Of a stretch of DNA of 64,000 nt, positions 41,169-50,917 are shown in pieces (position 1 is the first letter of the stretch; each line of letters begins with the position of its first letter). Origin of the DNA: Cyanobacteria bacterium P01_A01_bin.123 (GTDB taxonomy: Bacteria > Cyanobacteriota > Cyanobacteriia > Phormidesmidales > Phormidesmidaceae); contig JBCBZT010000013.1 of the NCBI GenBank assembly GCA_039815185.1, forward strand, positions 1 to 64,000, written 5' to 3'. Under the pieces are notes generated by a model, which did not search any database, was not told the origin of the DNA, and saw nothing but the letters and a program-made list of their open reading frames with translations. The position numbers and the translations under genes were made by a program.

Positions 41169-42539
41169 TTACTTTTGATGCTCCTTACTAGCTGTTTGCG
41201 GTCGCCATCCGGGGAGTTCGCGTTGTTTAGCTCGGGCAACAACCAGGCAATCGTCGGGGACATCTTTGGTAACCACTGAACCTGCCCCCACGGTGACATC
41301 GCTACCCACAGTGATCGGGGCCACAAAGACGCTGTTAGACCCCGTTTTAGTGCGATCGCCAATGATGGTTTTATGCTTTTGGTAGCCATCATAGTTGGCT
41401 GTGATAGTACCCGCGCCGACATTAACCTTCGTCCCTAACGTGGCGTCTCCCATGTAAGACAGATGGGCAATATTGGTGCGATCGCCAATCTGGGATTTTT
41501 TCACTTCTACAAAATTACCAATCCGACAACCCGCGCCGATGTCAGCATGACCCCGTAGATGGGCATAGGGGCCAACGCGGGTGCCGTCTTTAATTACGCT
41601 ATCACTGACCACCGAGTGCAGGACGGTTACATCTTGACCCAGCTGGCTGTCTTCGATCAAACTGCCTGGGCCAATGCGACTGCCTGGGCCAATCGTCGTG
41701 TTACCCCGCAAATGCGTTTGGGGCTCGATCACCACATCGGCGGTGAGCTGCACCGTCTCATCAATGGTTATGGTCTCTGGGGCAAGCATCATCACCCCGG
41801 CCATCATCCAGTCGTCTTTAATCCGGGTTTGCAAGATATCGTAGGCGGCGGAGAGTTGCTTGCGGTTGTTGATGCCTTGAATTTCGTTGAAATCGGCCAC
41901 ATCCATTGCCATAACGGGTTGCATCAGCTTGACTACGTTAGTCAGATAGTATTCTTGCTGGTCGTTGTCCGCTTTGAGGTTGGGCAAGACCTTAGCCAAT
42001 TGGGGCCAATTGAAACAATAGATGCCCGCATTGATGCGGGGATTTTGTCGTTGGGCGGGGGTGCAGTCTCGATCTTCAATGATTTCACTCAAAATGCCCT
42101 TTTCGTCACAAAAGACTCGACCATAACCGCTAGGGTCGGGCATTTGGGCCGTTAAAACTGTGGCAGCATTTCGATTGGCTTGGTGGGTCTGTACCAGCTT
42201 TTCTAAAGTCTCAGCCCGCAGCAGCGGCACGTCACCGTTGAGCACCAACAAATCCCCTTCAAAATCTTTCAAATGGGGGATGACTTGTTGAACAGCGTGC
42301 CCTGTTCCTAACTGTTGGGTTTGTTCGACAAACTCTAGGTTATGGAGATGGTTGAGTTCAGTCTTGACCACATCACTACCATAGCCAACGATGACTAACT
42401 GCCGAGTGGGGGAGGTAATGGCTGCATTTTGGATGACCCGTTCAACTAGCGATCGCCCGCCGAGCTGATGCACCACCTTGGGCAAGCTCGATTTCATCCG
42501 CGTGCCTTTGCCCGCTGCCAACACTGCCACTGCCAACAT
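41169..42539 (-). CDS. glmU: Bifunctional UDP-GlcNAc pyrophosphorylase / glucosamine-1-P acetyltransferase
   Basis: [22 protein letters not shown], hexapeptide repeats, GNFVEVK, NYDG. Confidence 0.96.
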   Translation of the reverse strand: MLAVAVLAAGKGTRMKSSLPKVVHQLGGRSLVERVIQNAAITSPTRQLVIVGYGSDVVKTELNHLHNLEFVEQTQQLGTGHAVQQVIPHLKDFEGDLLVLNGDVPLLRAETLEKLVQTHQANRNAATVLTAQMPDPSGYGRVFCDEKGILSEIIEDRDCTPAQRQNPRINAGIYCFNWPQLAKVLPNLKADNDQQEYYLTNVVKLMQPVMAMDVADFNEIQGINNRKQLSAAYDILQTRIKDDWMMAGVMMLAPETITIDETVQLTADVVIEPQTHLRGNTTIGPGSRIGPGSLIEDSQLGQDVTVLHSVVSDSVIKDGTRVGPYAHLRGHADIGAGCRIGNFVEVKKSQIGDRTNIAHLSYMGDATLGTKVNVGAGTITANYDGYQKHKTIIGDRTKTGSNSVFVAPITVGSDVTVGAGSVVTKDVPDDCLVVARAKQRELPGWRPQTASKEHQK

Positions 42540-42629
42540 GACGCTTATCCTCTAGGGCCTGCCTCAACGGAGTATACCTTGGTTCTGGTCGGGATTCTAT
42601 ACCAGGATATGGCTGAGTTTAGTGCTAGA

Positions 42630-43739
42630 TCAAAGCGGATCAAACTGGGGTTGATGGATTCGAGGGTGCCCTAAGATATCTGCGGTATTGTTCGCTGGGG
42701 TGCCATCTTGATCACGGCTTACAGGGGTGTAAATGTACTTGCCAATGAACGTTTCAAACTTTTCCATCAGCGCTGGGCTGCGCCAACCGCGATCAACTTC
42801 TGCCCTCAACATCTGTAATGCTTCTACGGGTGCGAAGGCTGGTTTGTAAGGTCGCTCATTGGTCAAGGCGTCATAGATGTCCACCAACTGAAACACTTGA
42901 GCCAACAGCGGAATCTCATCACCAACCAGCCCATCGGGATACCCCGAACCGTCCCAGCGTTCGTGATGATGGCGAATAATCGGGACAACCCCGTGGAGGA
43001 TCCGCAGTGGATTACAGATGCTCTCACCGATCAGCACATGGGTTTGCATGACCCCCCATTCTGCGGGGTTGAATCTCCCACGCTTCAGCAAGATCGCGTC
43101 GGGGATGCCCACTTTACCAATGTCATGGAGATACCCAGCCCATTGCAGATCTCGAAGTTGTAGGGGTGAAAGGGTGAGAAATTCACCGAAGGCGCGCCCC
43201 AGCTTCGAGAGTCGCTCACAATGATCGCCTGTGTTGGGGTCACGGCTTTCGACCGTTCGGGCAATGGAGAATAGCACCTGTTCGGCATGGTCAAGATCTT
43301 CGTTCAGTCGTTTTTGATGGACTAGCGACTTGACCCGTGCTGAGAGTTCAAGCTGATCAAAGGGTTTTGTAATAAAGTCATCGCCGCCCGCTTCGATTCC
43401 TCTTAATCTAGCCCGACGATCGTCGAGTGCTGTGACAAACACAATTGGAATCAAACGCGTTTGCTCGTTTTCTTTAATTTGACGACAGACTTCAAACCCA
43501 TCCATACCCGGCATCATCACATCGAGCAAAATCAGGTCTGGTTTGGCTGTGGGTAGGCAACGCAATGCCTCAGCCCCGCTTTCAGCTTCTATAACCTGGT
43601 AGCCTTCAACAGACAGAAAAGCCACGGCTGTCATCCGACTAGCCGCATGATCATCGACCACAAGAACTTTGGCTGGCGCTGAGTCTGAGTAGTTCACAGA
43701 ATTTGCTACTGCTTTGCTTGTCCACTTAACTATTAACAA
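42630..43739 (-). CDS. Response regulator with HD-GYP c-di-GMP phosphodiesterase domain
   Basis: REC (VVDD, LLDVMMP, KP) plus LHDIGK and HHERWDGSGYP; start uncertain. Confidence 0.9.
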   Translation of the reverse strand: MLIVKWTSKAVANSVNYSDSAPAKVLVVDDHAASRMTAVAFLSVEGYQVIEAESGAEALRCLPTAKPDLILLDVMMPGMDGFEVCRQIKENEQTRLIPIVFVTALDDRRARLRGIEAGGDDFITKPFDQLELSARVKSLVHQKRLNEDLDHAEQVLFSIARTVESRDPNTGDHCERLSKLGRAFGEFLTLSPLQLRDLQWAGYLHDIGKVGIPDAILLKRGRFNPAEWGVMQTHVLIGESICNPLRILHGVVPIIRHHHERWDGSGYPDGLVGDEIPLLAQVFQLVDIYDALTNERPYKPAFAPVEALQMLRAEVDRGWRSPALMEKFETFIGKYIYTPVSRDQDGTPANNTADILGHPRIHQPQFDPL

Positions 43740-44049
43740 GTAGTGGATGGGTTAAAAAGGACAAAATCTAAAAATTCACTTCTGGGACAAGGATGAGTGA
43801 AGTTATTTTAGGTGTGATTAATCACATCTGATTTGAAAGTTTGAGTTCTGAGCTGAGTGAAAACCGTAGATTTGGTTGTAGTCAAGGTTTAAACCATGTT
43901 TGATTTGAAAACTTGAGTTTTTAGCTTAGCGAAAATTGTGAACCTGGATGTGGCTAGAGGGTATCTCTTCCAGTATCGTGAATACCCCTATGAAAGGAAA
44001 TCAGGTGTTATACCGAGATCTGAAGCGTATTTGTGGTATCAGGACAGGG

Positions 44050-44916
44050 CTATAGCCAACGCTTACGCCACTGAGCCGTGACTTCTAAAGGCGATCGCTG
44101 CTGTTCGGCCAGTCGATTCGCGTGAATTTCTGCTGCGGTTAGCGTTAGGGTGCGATCGCGGTAAGGCACCGCCGCCCGTGTTTGTAAGTGTTCCAGTTCT
44201 CGCTGCGAAAGGGGCGGTAAAGCCTGAGCTGACCAACTGGCGACAGTACCTGGCCAACATCGTCCGACAGCCTGGGTAGCACCAATGTAAAGCCCATTTT
44301 GAGCAAGTGCTGCACGAACTGCGGCAGCACAGGAATAGGTGGCCAGGCGTCCGTCGGGTTTGAGGCAGGTAGTGACGCCTTTAAGAAACTCGACCGTCCA
44401 CAGTTGGGGGCAACGGGGTGGCGAGAACGGATCTAAAAAAATGGCGTCGGCTAGAAATCCTTGGACCACCACGGTTTGAATCTGCTGACGGGCATCGCCG
44501 ATCAGCAATTGAGCCTGGAGGCGATCGCCGCTGATTTGATAGCGCATTGCCAACTGAGCCAAAACCCTACGCACAGGCTCAGACCATCCCTGGATTAGCC
44601 CTTGGGCGATCGCGCTTTGGGGCACAGCAGGGTTGAGGTCTAACCCAATTACAGTGACCTGACAGCCAGGATTCACGTGCCAAATGGTGTCCAATGCTGC
44701 TGCTGTGTTGTAGCCCAGGCCATAGCAGACATCCAGTAGCGCTAGCTGATCAGTCGTCTGCGCTTTGTCAGCCAGTTGTGTTGTGTCTACGTAAGTCAGA
44801 CGCGCTTCACGGTAAGCCCCCTCGCGACTATGAAACCATTCACCAAATTCTGAAGAGAAAAAAGTGAACGATCCGTCTTTTGTAAGTTCTGGTGTGAATG
44901 ATGGATCCTCGGTCAT
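44050..44916 (-). CDS. MnmC-type methyltransferase (stand-alone MnmD domain)
   Basis: TKDGSFTFFS..FGEWFHS..GA, DVCYGLGYN, FLDPFSPPRCPQLW, LATYS. Confidence 0.85.
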   Translation of the reverse strand: MTEDPSFTPELTKDGSFTFFSSEFGEWFHSREGAYREARLTYVDTTQLADKAQTTDQLALLDVCYGLGYNTAAALDTIWHVNPGCQVTVIGLDLNPAVPQSAIAQGLIQGWSEPVRRVLAQLAMRYQISGDRLQAQLLIGDARQQIQTVVVQGFLADAIFLDPFSPPRCPQLWTVEFLKGVTTCLKPDGRLATYSCAAAVRAALAQNGLYIGATQAVGRCWPGTVASWSAQALPPLSQRELEHLQTRAAVPYRDRTLTLTAAEIHANRLAEQQRSPLEVTAQWRKRWL

Positions 44917-44937
44917 GGGGCATGGGAGTGGGGGGCG

Positions 44938-45957
44938 TTATGGGGATACCGCAGAGGGGACGGCTTCAATGATGGCTTGAATTTCTGCTGGTACGGCGGA
45001 TAGTAGGTCATAGCCTGTGGCCAGTTCAATTCGGTCAATCGAGGTTTGATAGTCTCGCCAGTTGCCTGCAATGCCGTCGCGGTTGGGCATATCAATGGCG
45101 ATGATTTGGCTGTTGCGCTTGACCCCACTTACCCCAGAACCAGGCTGATCAAGCACGACAATTACTTTCCACAACCGAGACGGGACGACAACGCGCTGAT
45201 TGAGGCTGTCTTGGGTACCGTAAGCCCCAGCGATGATAAACAGCTCTCGATCTTGTTGATAGACCAAATCTCGACTGTATGCTTCTAACGCCCGCCATGG
45301 CCCCCGATTATTCTCAGGGGCTTGGGGAATGATATTGGTCATCAAAAAGGTTGCGGCATTGTCTTGCACACTGCGGGTGCGATCACCTGAGGGCGCCATG
45401 TGCCCCCGATCATAACCACTGTTGCGATAGTCGTTAGGCGTCACTTGATAGGTTCCCTTGGGCAATCCACCATCAGGGCGAAAGTTATCTTGCCGCTCGG
45501 TATTGCCTAACCAAGCAACTGTCAATTGCCAACTGACCCAATTGGCGGTGCCGCGATCGCGATTGTAAGAGAGCGCATAGGCTCGACGCTCAATTAAATA
45601 GTTATTGAGGTTTTGGGTATTAGCCTGACTCGGATTGCCCAGCGTGAGATGAATGTTGTCAGATGCAGGCGCTACTGTGTCTGTAGATTCAGGGTTTAAT
45701 GGCAGCGCTTCACAGGCTAAACCATTGCCGTCTCGATCCAATCGATAGGGATCATCTGGAAACGTCACCAGGACAATTTGGGCCAGGGCTTGGTCACTAA
45801 AGTCGCCACAGTTGCAATCATCATTGACACACGGCGGTAAAGCGGCGTTTGACGGTTCTACCAGTCCGTCCACAAGTTCAGCACAGCCGCCGGTCAGCAG
45901 CGCGATCGCCCCCAGTGCATAGCCCAATACCCTAAATCGTCGCGTCATACCGCCCAC
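44938..45957 (-). CDS. NucA-like DNA/RNA non-specific endonuclease lipoprotein with Excalibur-like Ca-binding domain
   Basis: Lipobox-like LTGGC; CNCGDF...DPYRLDRDGNGLACE; YDRGHMAPS catalytic motif; TNIIPQ..ENN. Confidence 0.88.
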   Translation of the reverse strand: MGGMTRRFRVLGYALGAIALLTGGCAELVDGLVEPSNAALPPCVNDDCNCGDFSDQALAQIVLVTFPDDPYRLDRDGNGLACEALPLNPESTDTVAPASDNIHLTLGNPSQANTQNLNNYLIERRAYALSYNRDRGTANWVSWQLTVAWLGNTERQDNFRPDGGLPKGTYQVTPNDYRNSGYDRGHMAPSGDRTRSVQDNAATFLMTNIIPQAPENNRGPWRALEAYSRDLVYQQDRELFIIAGAYGTQDSLNQRVVVPSRLWKVIVVLDQPGSGVSGVKRNSQIIAIDMPNRDGIAGNWRDYQTSIDRIELATGYDLLSAVPAEIQAIIEAVPSAVSP

Positions 45958-46048
45958 TCATCTTACGAGTCAATACAAAAATACTACTTCAATTTAATTC
46001 TTGCCCACGCTAACGCATAGACATCCTTATACAGGTATTCGTAGCCAG

Positions 46049-46129
46049 CTAACCAGGACGCAACCCAGAGAGCTGTACTTGGCATTAACTTTCCCCATCT
46101 GACCAGGACGCAACCAAGAGAGTCGCACT
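46049..46129. repeat. Two imperfect ~31-bp direct repeats, 50-bp period
   Basis: CTAACCAGGACGCAACCCAGAGAGCTGTACT (46049) vs CTGACCAGGACGCAACCAAGAGAGTCGCACT (46099). Confidence 0.8.
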
Positions 46130-46238
46130 GGATCATTGATCGCACTGAATCAATGGTTGATTCCCCCGCTCCCGCCGCGCTCTGATCCCACCTCCCTCCC
46201 TCCGTGCTACCGTTAGGTCAAACGTACTGGACTCGCCG

Positions 46239-47540
46239 ATGATCAAGCTACTCCACCTGTCAGATATCCACATGGGCAGTGGCTTTAGCCACGGGCGCAT
46301 GAATCCTGACACTGGGTTAAATACCCGTTTAGAAGATTTCGTTGCCACCCTAGGTCGCTGCATCGATCGCGCCATTACTGACGCAGTAGATTTGGTGTTG
46401 TTCAGCGGCGATGCCTTTCCTGATGCGACGCCGCCACCGTTGGTGCAGCAGGCCTTTGCGGGGCAGTTTCGGCGTTTGGTTGATGCCAAAATCCCCACGG
46501 TGTTGCTGGTTGGCAATCACGATCAGCATTCCCAAGGACAAGGGGGGGCTAGCTTATGCATCTATCGCACATTGGGGGTGCCAGGGTTTGTGGTAGGCGA
46601 TCGCTTAGAAACCCATTGCATCGATACCCGCAATGGCCCAGTACAAATTGTCACCCTCCCTTGGCTTACCCGTTCGACCTTGCTCACTCGGCCTGAAACC
46701 GAGGGCTTGTCTATGGTGGATGTCAATTATTTACTGGTGGATCGGTTGCGGGTCGCCTTAGAGGGAGAAATTCGGCGTTTAGATCCAGCATTGCCGACTA
46801 TTTTACTGGCTCACTTGATGACCGATACGGCTCGCTACGGGGCAGAACGGTTCTTGGCCGTGGGCAAGGGATTCACCGTCCCCATGGCGATGCTAGCTCG
46901 CCCCTGTTTTGACTACATTGCCCTAGGCCACGTTCACAAGCATCAGATTTTGTCAGCACAGCCACTGGCGCTCTACCCAGGCAGCATTGAGCGAGTAGAC
47001 TTTAGCGAAGAAAAGGAAGATAAGGGCTATGTGCTGGTCGAACTAGACAAAGGTCAGGCCACGGCGGAGTTTTGCCCATTGCCGGTACGTCGGTTTCAAA
47101 CGATTCAGGTGAATGTTGCGCAAGCGGATGATCCGCAGGCGATGTTGCTTAAGGCGATCGCGAAAACAGACTTCACCGATGCCGTCGTGCGACTGCTCTA
47201 CAAGCTACGTTCCGACCAAATCGATCAAATCGACAACGCTGCTCTATTTGAAGCGCTTACCCCAGCCCACACTTACACCATCCATCCAGAATTGGTGAGT
47301 CAACTCGCCCGCCCCCGCTTGCCAGAGTTGGGTAGCGAAAGTTCATTAGAACCATTGGTAGCGCTGCAAACCTATTTGGCGAATCGCGAAGACCTGAGCG
47401 GAGTTGCTGACGCCATGGTTGAGGCAGCTCAAGCTTTATTGTCAGAAGACGAGACGGAAGTGTGGTTAGAAACAGTGGCTGCGGCTGAAAGCGCGATCGC
47501 GACGGATGAGGGTAACAACTGTCAGCTCCGATTGCTTTGA
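46239..47540 (+). CDS. sbcD: Exonuclease SbcCD subunit D
   Basis: HLSDIHMG, SGDAF, VGNHD, ALGHVH and YPGSIE..DFSE. Confidence 0.93.
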   Translation: MIKLLHLSDIHMGSGFSHGRMNPDTGLNTRLEDFVATLGRCIDRAITDAVDLVLFSGDAFPDATPPPLVQQAFAGQFRRLVDAKIPTVLLVGNHDQHSQGQGGASLCIYRTLGVPGFVVGDRLETHCIDTRNGPVQIVTLPWLTRSTLLTRPETEGLSMVDVNYLLVDRLRVALEGEIRRLDPALPTILLAHLMTDTARYGAERFLAVGKGFTVPMAMLARPCFDYIALGHVHKHQILSAQPLALYPGSIERVDFSEEKEDKGYVLVELDKGQATAEFCPLPVRRFQTIQVNVAQADDPQAMLLKAIAKTDFTDAVVRLLYKLRSDQIDQIDNAALFEALTPAHTYTIHPELVSQLARPRLPELGSESSLEPLVALQTYLANREDLSGVADAMVEAAQALLSEDETEVWLETVAAAESAIATDEGNNCQLRLL

Positions 47541-47552
47541 TATAGATCGTTT

Positions 47553-47606
47553 CCCCATTCAGAATTGGAGTTTGCCCGTAAGCAAAAACTCCAATTCTGA
47601 ATGGGG
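47553..47606. repeat. Perfect 21-bp inverted repeat (likely bidirectional terminator or small dispersed element)
   Basis: CCCCATTCAGAATTGGAGTTT-N12-AAACTCCAATTCTGAATGGGG between convergent genes. Confidence 0.85.
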
Positions 47607-47688
47607 TTTAGCTGGATGGCTTTGACCCCCATTGCTTCAGGATAAGGGGTCTAAATAACTTGCTTTAAAGAGACGGATTAGCGACCGA

Positions 47689-48156
47689 TTATTGATAGGT
47701 ATGCAGTGAGTTGATGAGTAAATCTAGATAGGGATGAATCAAGCTGGCTTGGGCTGGTGCCATGCTTCCGTCGATGGTTGCTTTCAAATGTTGATAGGCA
47801 GCAATGGCCGGCCCGCTATGAGCACGAATCATCGTGCAGTGCCAAAACAGTAGTTTCTCTTTGAAGAAAGCTTCGTCATCGCGCAGCATTGCCAAAGCCA
47901 CATAGCGCAAGATTTCAGTCATATCAAATTGGCATTTCTGACCATGCTTTTCGACGATGTCAGGGTGGCTGAGTTTTAGCTGCTGTAGGGCTTTTAATAT
48001 AATGGCGTCGCTCTTTTGACTCAGATAGTAATAAGATTGTAGGCGATTTTTGTAGGTTGAAAGATAGTTCAGCAGGGGCTGCATTTCTTCGTCGCTAAGG
48101 TATCGCCCGTCTGCGTCGATGATCTTATCTTCGATTTGCCGATTGATAGCTTGCAT
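47689..48156 (-). CDS. Allophycocyanin-like phycobiliprotein-fold protein
   Basis: I.DADGRYLS..E, KCQFDM..ILRYVALAML.DD; start at ATG 48156. Confidence 0.8.
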   Translation of the reverse strand: MQAINRQIEDKIIDADGRYLSDEEMQPLLNYLSTYKNRLQSYYYLSQKSDAIILKALQQLKLSHPDIVEKHGQKCQFDMTEILRYVALAMLRDDEAFFKEKLLFWHCTMIRAHSGPAIAAYQHLKATIDGSMAPAQASLIHPYLDLLINSLHTYQ

Positions 48157-48467
48157 AGCCTTTTCCTTGATGAGCGCACCCAACAGCTTTATTTTTCTCA
48201 GATTGCCCAACTGAGAGCAGGCAAGCTCGAAAAGTCTTTATTCTTAATATTTGAGTCACATCTTTTAATGTGTTGTTTCAAGGCATCTACTCTACTCTCA
48301 ACTGCCAACTGCGATTCCTGTGACCCCTAATCTTTAATCTCGTTGCTAAAGGTTAAAGATTAGGGCTATCTACCCAGCCAATCAGCGAGAATGTATCACA
48401 GGACACTATTTAGCCATCCTCGAATGGTTGTCGTCTTGTGCGGTCATCGAATGGCCTCTGAATCCCC

Positions 48468-50417
48468 ATGTTTAAACTGACGCCTACTGATACTGAACGC
48501 TACCTCGCTGCCCCAGACTATACCCAGCCACTGTTGCAGATTTCTGCAGGGCAACGTCAGCGGCTGTTGCAACGCCTGAGTTTTCTTTACGGTGAAGCTG
48601 TCGCTCAGCAACACATCAGTGAATTAGAGCGCTTGATGAAAGTCCACTGCGCTCACAAAACTCCTGAGATGAGGCTCCAGAACGGGCAAGCCAACCCATC
48701 ACAGCGATTTACCGAACAGGACCTCTTTTTGATTACCTATGGTGATTTGCTCGTCAGCGAGCAAGCATCGCCCCTGGCAACGCTGGCTCATTTTCTAGAT
48801 CGCACCACTGGCCTCAAGGGAATCTTCAACACACTCCATATTTTGCCGTTCTTTCCGTACACCTCAGATCGCGGTTTTTCTATTACTGACTTCAGAACCG
48901 TTGATCCGAAGCTGGGCTCTTGGCAAGATATTGAATCTCTGGGGCAAACCTATCGTCTGATGTTTGATGGCGTGTTTAACCATGGGTCTTCCCAAAGTCG
49001 CCCTTTCCAAGAGATGTTAAACGGCAATCCGGCCTATCAAAACTTTGCCACGACTTACCGCTCTCCAGATGAACTCACCCCCGAACAGCGAGCCATGATT
49101 GTGCGTCCGCGCACCTCCGATGTGTTAACTCAATACCAATCGATTGATGGCCCCGTCTGGCTTTGGACGACCTTTTCTCCAGATCAAATTGATCTGAACT
49201 TTACGAATCCCAGAGTGTTGCTAGAGGTGATTGAAACGCTCTTGCTCTATATCCGTAAGGGCGCTGACGTGATTCGTTTGGATGCCGTCACTTATTTATG
49301 GGAGGAACCGGGCACTCCCTGTGCTAATTTGGCCCAAACCCATGAGGTGATTAAGCTTTTCCGCGATGTGCTAAATGTTGTGGCGCCTCAGATTGCCCTG
49401 ATTACAGAAACCAATATTCCCCACGCAGAAAACATCACCTACTTTGGCGATGGTCACGATGAGGCCCAATCGGTTTATAACTTCGCCCTGCCGCCCCTGG
49501 TGCTCTATACGTTCTATGCAGAGTCGGCGACTGAATTATCAAAGTGGGTGCAAACCCTAGACTATCCCTCTGATACGACGACGTTTTTCAATATCCTGGA
49601 TACCCACGACGGAGTTGGATTACTGGGGGTAAAAAATATTCTCTCTGATCAGCAGATTCAGTTCATTATCCGCAATGCACGGGAGCATGGGGCCTTAATT
49701 TCTTACCGGACTGCTGAAGGGGGTCTGGAAGAACCCTACGAGATCAACACCACCTGGTTTAGTGCCCTCAACTTAGATGGGGAAGCGTTGGCCCTACAGG
49801 TTAAACGCATGGTGGCCTCCCGTAGTCTTGCGCTGGTCTTGCGCGGCGTCCCTGGCGTTTATTTACACGGCCTCATCGGCAGTCGCAACGATATCGAAGC
49901 GGTCTTAAAGACCAAATTAAAACGGGATATCAATCGGGCCGTTGTGCATTATGAAGATCTAACGCGATCGCTCCATAACCCAGACGCCCGGATTTCCCAA
50001 ATCATCACTCAGTTAAGTCGGTTGTTAGATCTGCGCGTTAGCAATAAAGCGTTTCATCCTAATGGAGATCAGCGAGTTTTGCAGCCTGATCCAGCCGTTT
50101 TTGCCCTGCTGCGCATTTCCCCCGACTGTGAACAGCACATCTTAACTCTGACGAATGTCACCGCCCAGCCCTGCGATGTGAAAATTTCTCTGGCTGAACT
50201 GGGCGTGACGGGTACCCAAGGACTCTCTGGACTCCCTAGCGACAGCAACCCTGCTAATAGCCGCCCCTATTGCGCGATTCCTGAAGATCACTACTGGTAT
50301 GACCTGATGAGCGGTCGAGGCTGTCGCATTACAGGGGATAGCCTCGAAGTCACGCTGGCTCCCTATGATGTGGCTTGGTTGACACCGTTAGTTGAGTTGG
50401 AGCAGATGATTGAATGA
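48468..50417 (+). CDS. GH13_18 sugar phosphorylase, probably glucosylglycerate phosphorylase
   Basis: LITYGD, HILPFFP, WTTFS.DQIDL, RLDAV, ITETN, THDG, PYEIN, RDINR. Confidence 0.85.
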   Translation: MFKLTPTDTERYLAAPDYTQPLLQISAGQRQRLLQRLSFLYGEAVAQQHISELERLMKVHCAHKTPEMRLQNGQANPSQRFTEQDLFLITYGDLLVSEQASPLATLAHFLDRTTGLKGIFNTLHILPFFPYTSDRGFSITDFRTVDPKLGSWQDIESLGQTYRLMFDGVFNHGSSQSRPFQEMLNGNPAYQNFATTYRSPDELTPEQRAMIVRPRTSDVLTQYQSIDGPVWLWTTFSPDQIDLNFTNPRVLLEVIETLLLYIRKGADVIRLDAVTYLWEEPGTPCANLAQTHEVIKLFRDVLNVVAPQIALITETNIPHAENITYFGDGHDEAQSVYNFALPPLVLYTFYAESATELSKWVQTLDYPSDTTTFFNILDTHDGVGLLGVKNILSDQQIQFIIRNAREHGALISYRTAEGGLEEPYEINTTWFSALNLDGEALALQVKRMVASRSLALVLRGVPGVYLHGLIGSRNDIEAVLKTKLKRDINRAVVHYEDLTRSLHNPDARISQIITQLSRLLDLRVSNKAFHPNGDQRVLQPDPAVFALLRISPDCEQHILTLTNVTAQPCDVKISLAELGVTGTQGLSGLPSDSNPANSRPYCAIPEDHYWYDLMSGRGCRITGDSLEVTLAPYDVAWLTPLVELEQMIE

Positions 50418-50792
50418 CGGGGAAGCGGGCTCACAATTTGCCCCCTGATCAAATTGCCTTACCGCTGCTTTGACCCGTTGAGCCAAGAAACTCCCTGCTG
50501 ATAAAACCGTCAGCGGGCAACCCCCTGATTCTGGAAATAAAACTTGGCTGGGGGAGACGCCCCATTCGCGGATTGACCAGCGTTGCAGATAGTACAAGCT
50601 GCCCTGAAAGACTAATGGTGCGTATTGGAAGCGGATATGGGGGAGACGATTGATTTCATTCACCGCTGTAAAAAAGATGCAGCCTTCTGCCCTTAACGTC
50701 TCTTGAATAAACTGAGGAACCCATTCCCAAGACATCGGCCCAGGGCGAATAATATTGCTCTCAAGGGATTTAGATAAGGTTTGAGTTTTCAT
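50388..50792 (-). CDS. Hypothetical protein
   Basis: ATG-started 134-aa ORF filling the gap; overlaps the phosphorylase 3' end by 30 nt; no recognised motif. Confidence 0.45.
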   Translation of the reverse strand: MKTQTLSKSLESNIIRPGPMSWEWVPQFIQETLRAEGCIFFTAVNEINRLPHIRFQYAPLVFQGSLYYLQRWSIREWGVSPSQVLFPESGGCPLTVLSAGSFLAQRVKAAVRQFDQGANCEPASPSFNHLLQLN

Positions 50793-50917
50793 GGCTCTAA
50801 ACTTATGTCAGCGTCCTATGACTTCAGTTTAGAGGTCAACCTTGAGGATCTTATGGGGAGTGATCATGCCTTGTCGGTCGCAGGGACGCTGGCGGTATAT
50901 TTCAAAGATCGCCATGC

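Noticed and set aside
46049..46129. Direct repeats as a CRISPR array
   Set aside because: Only two imperfect copies, a short spacer of about 19 nt, no palindromic repeat structure and no cas genes.
46215..46228. AGGTCAAACGTACT as a LexA box upstream of sbcD
   Set aside because: Plausible position, but two mismatches in one half-site; cannot be supported without a genome-wide matrix.
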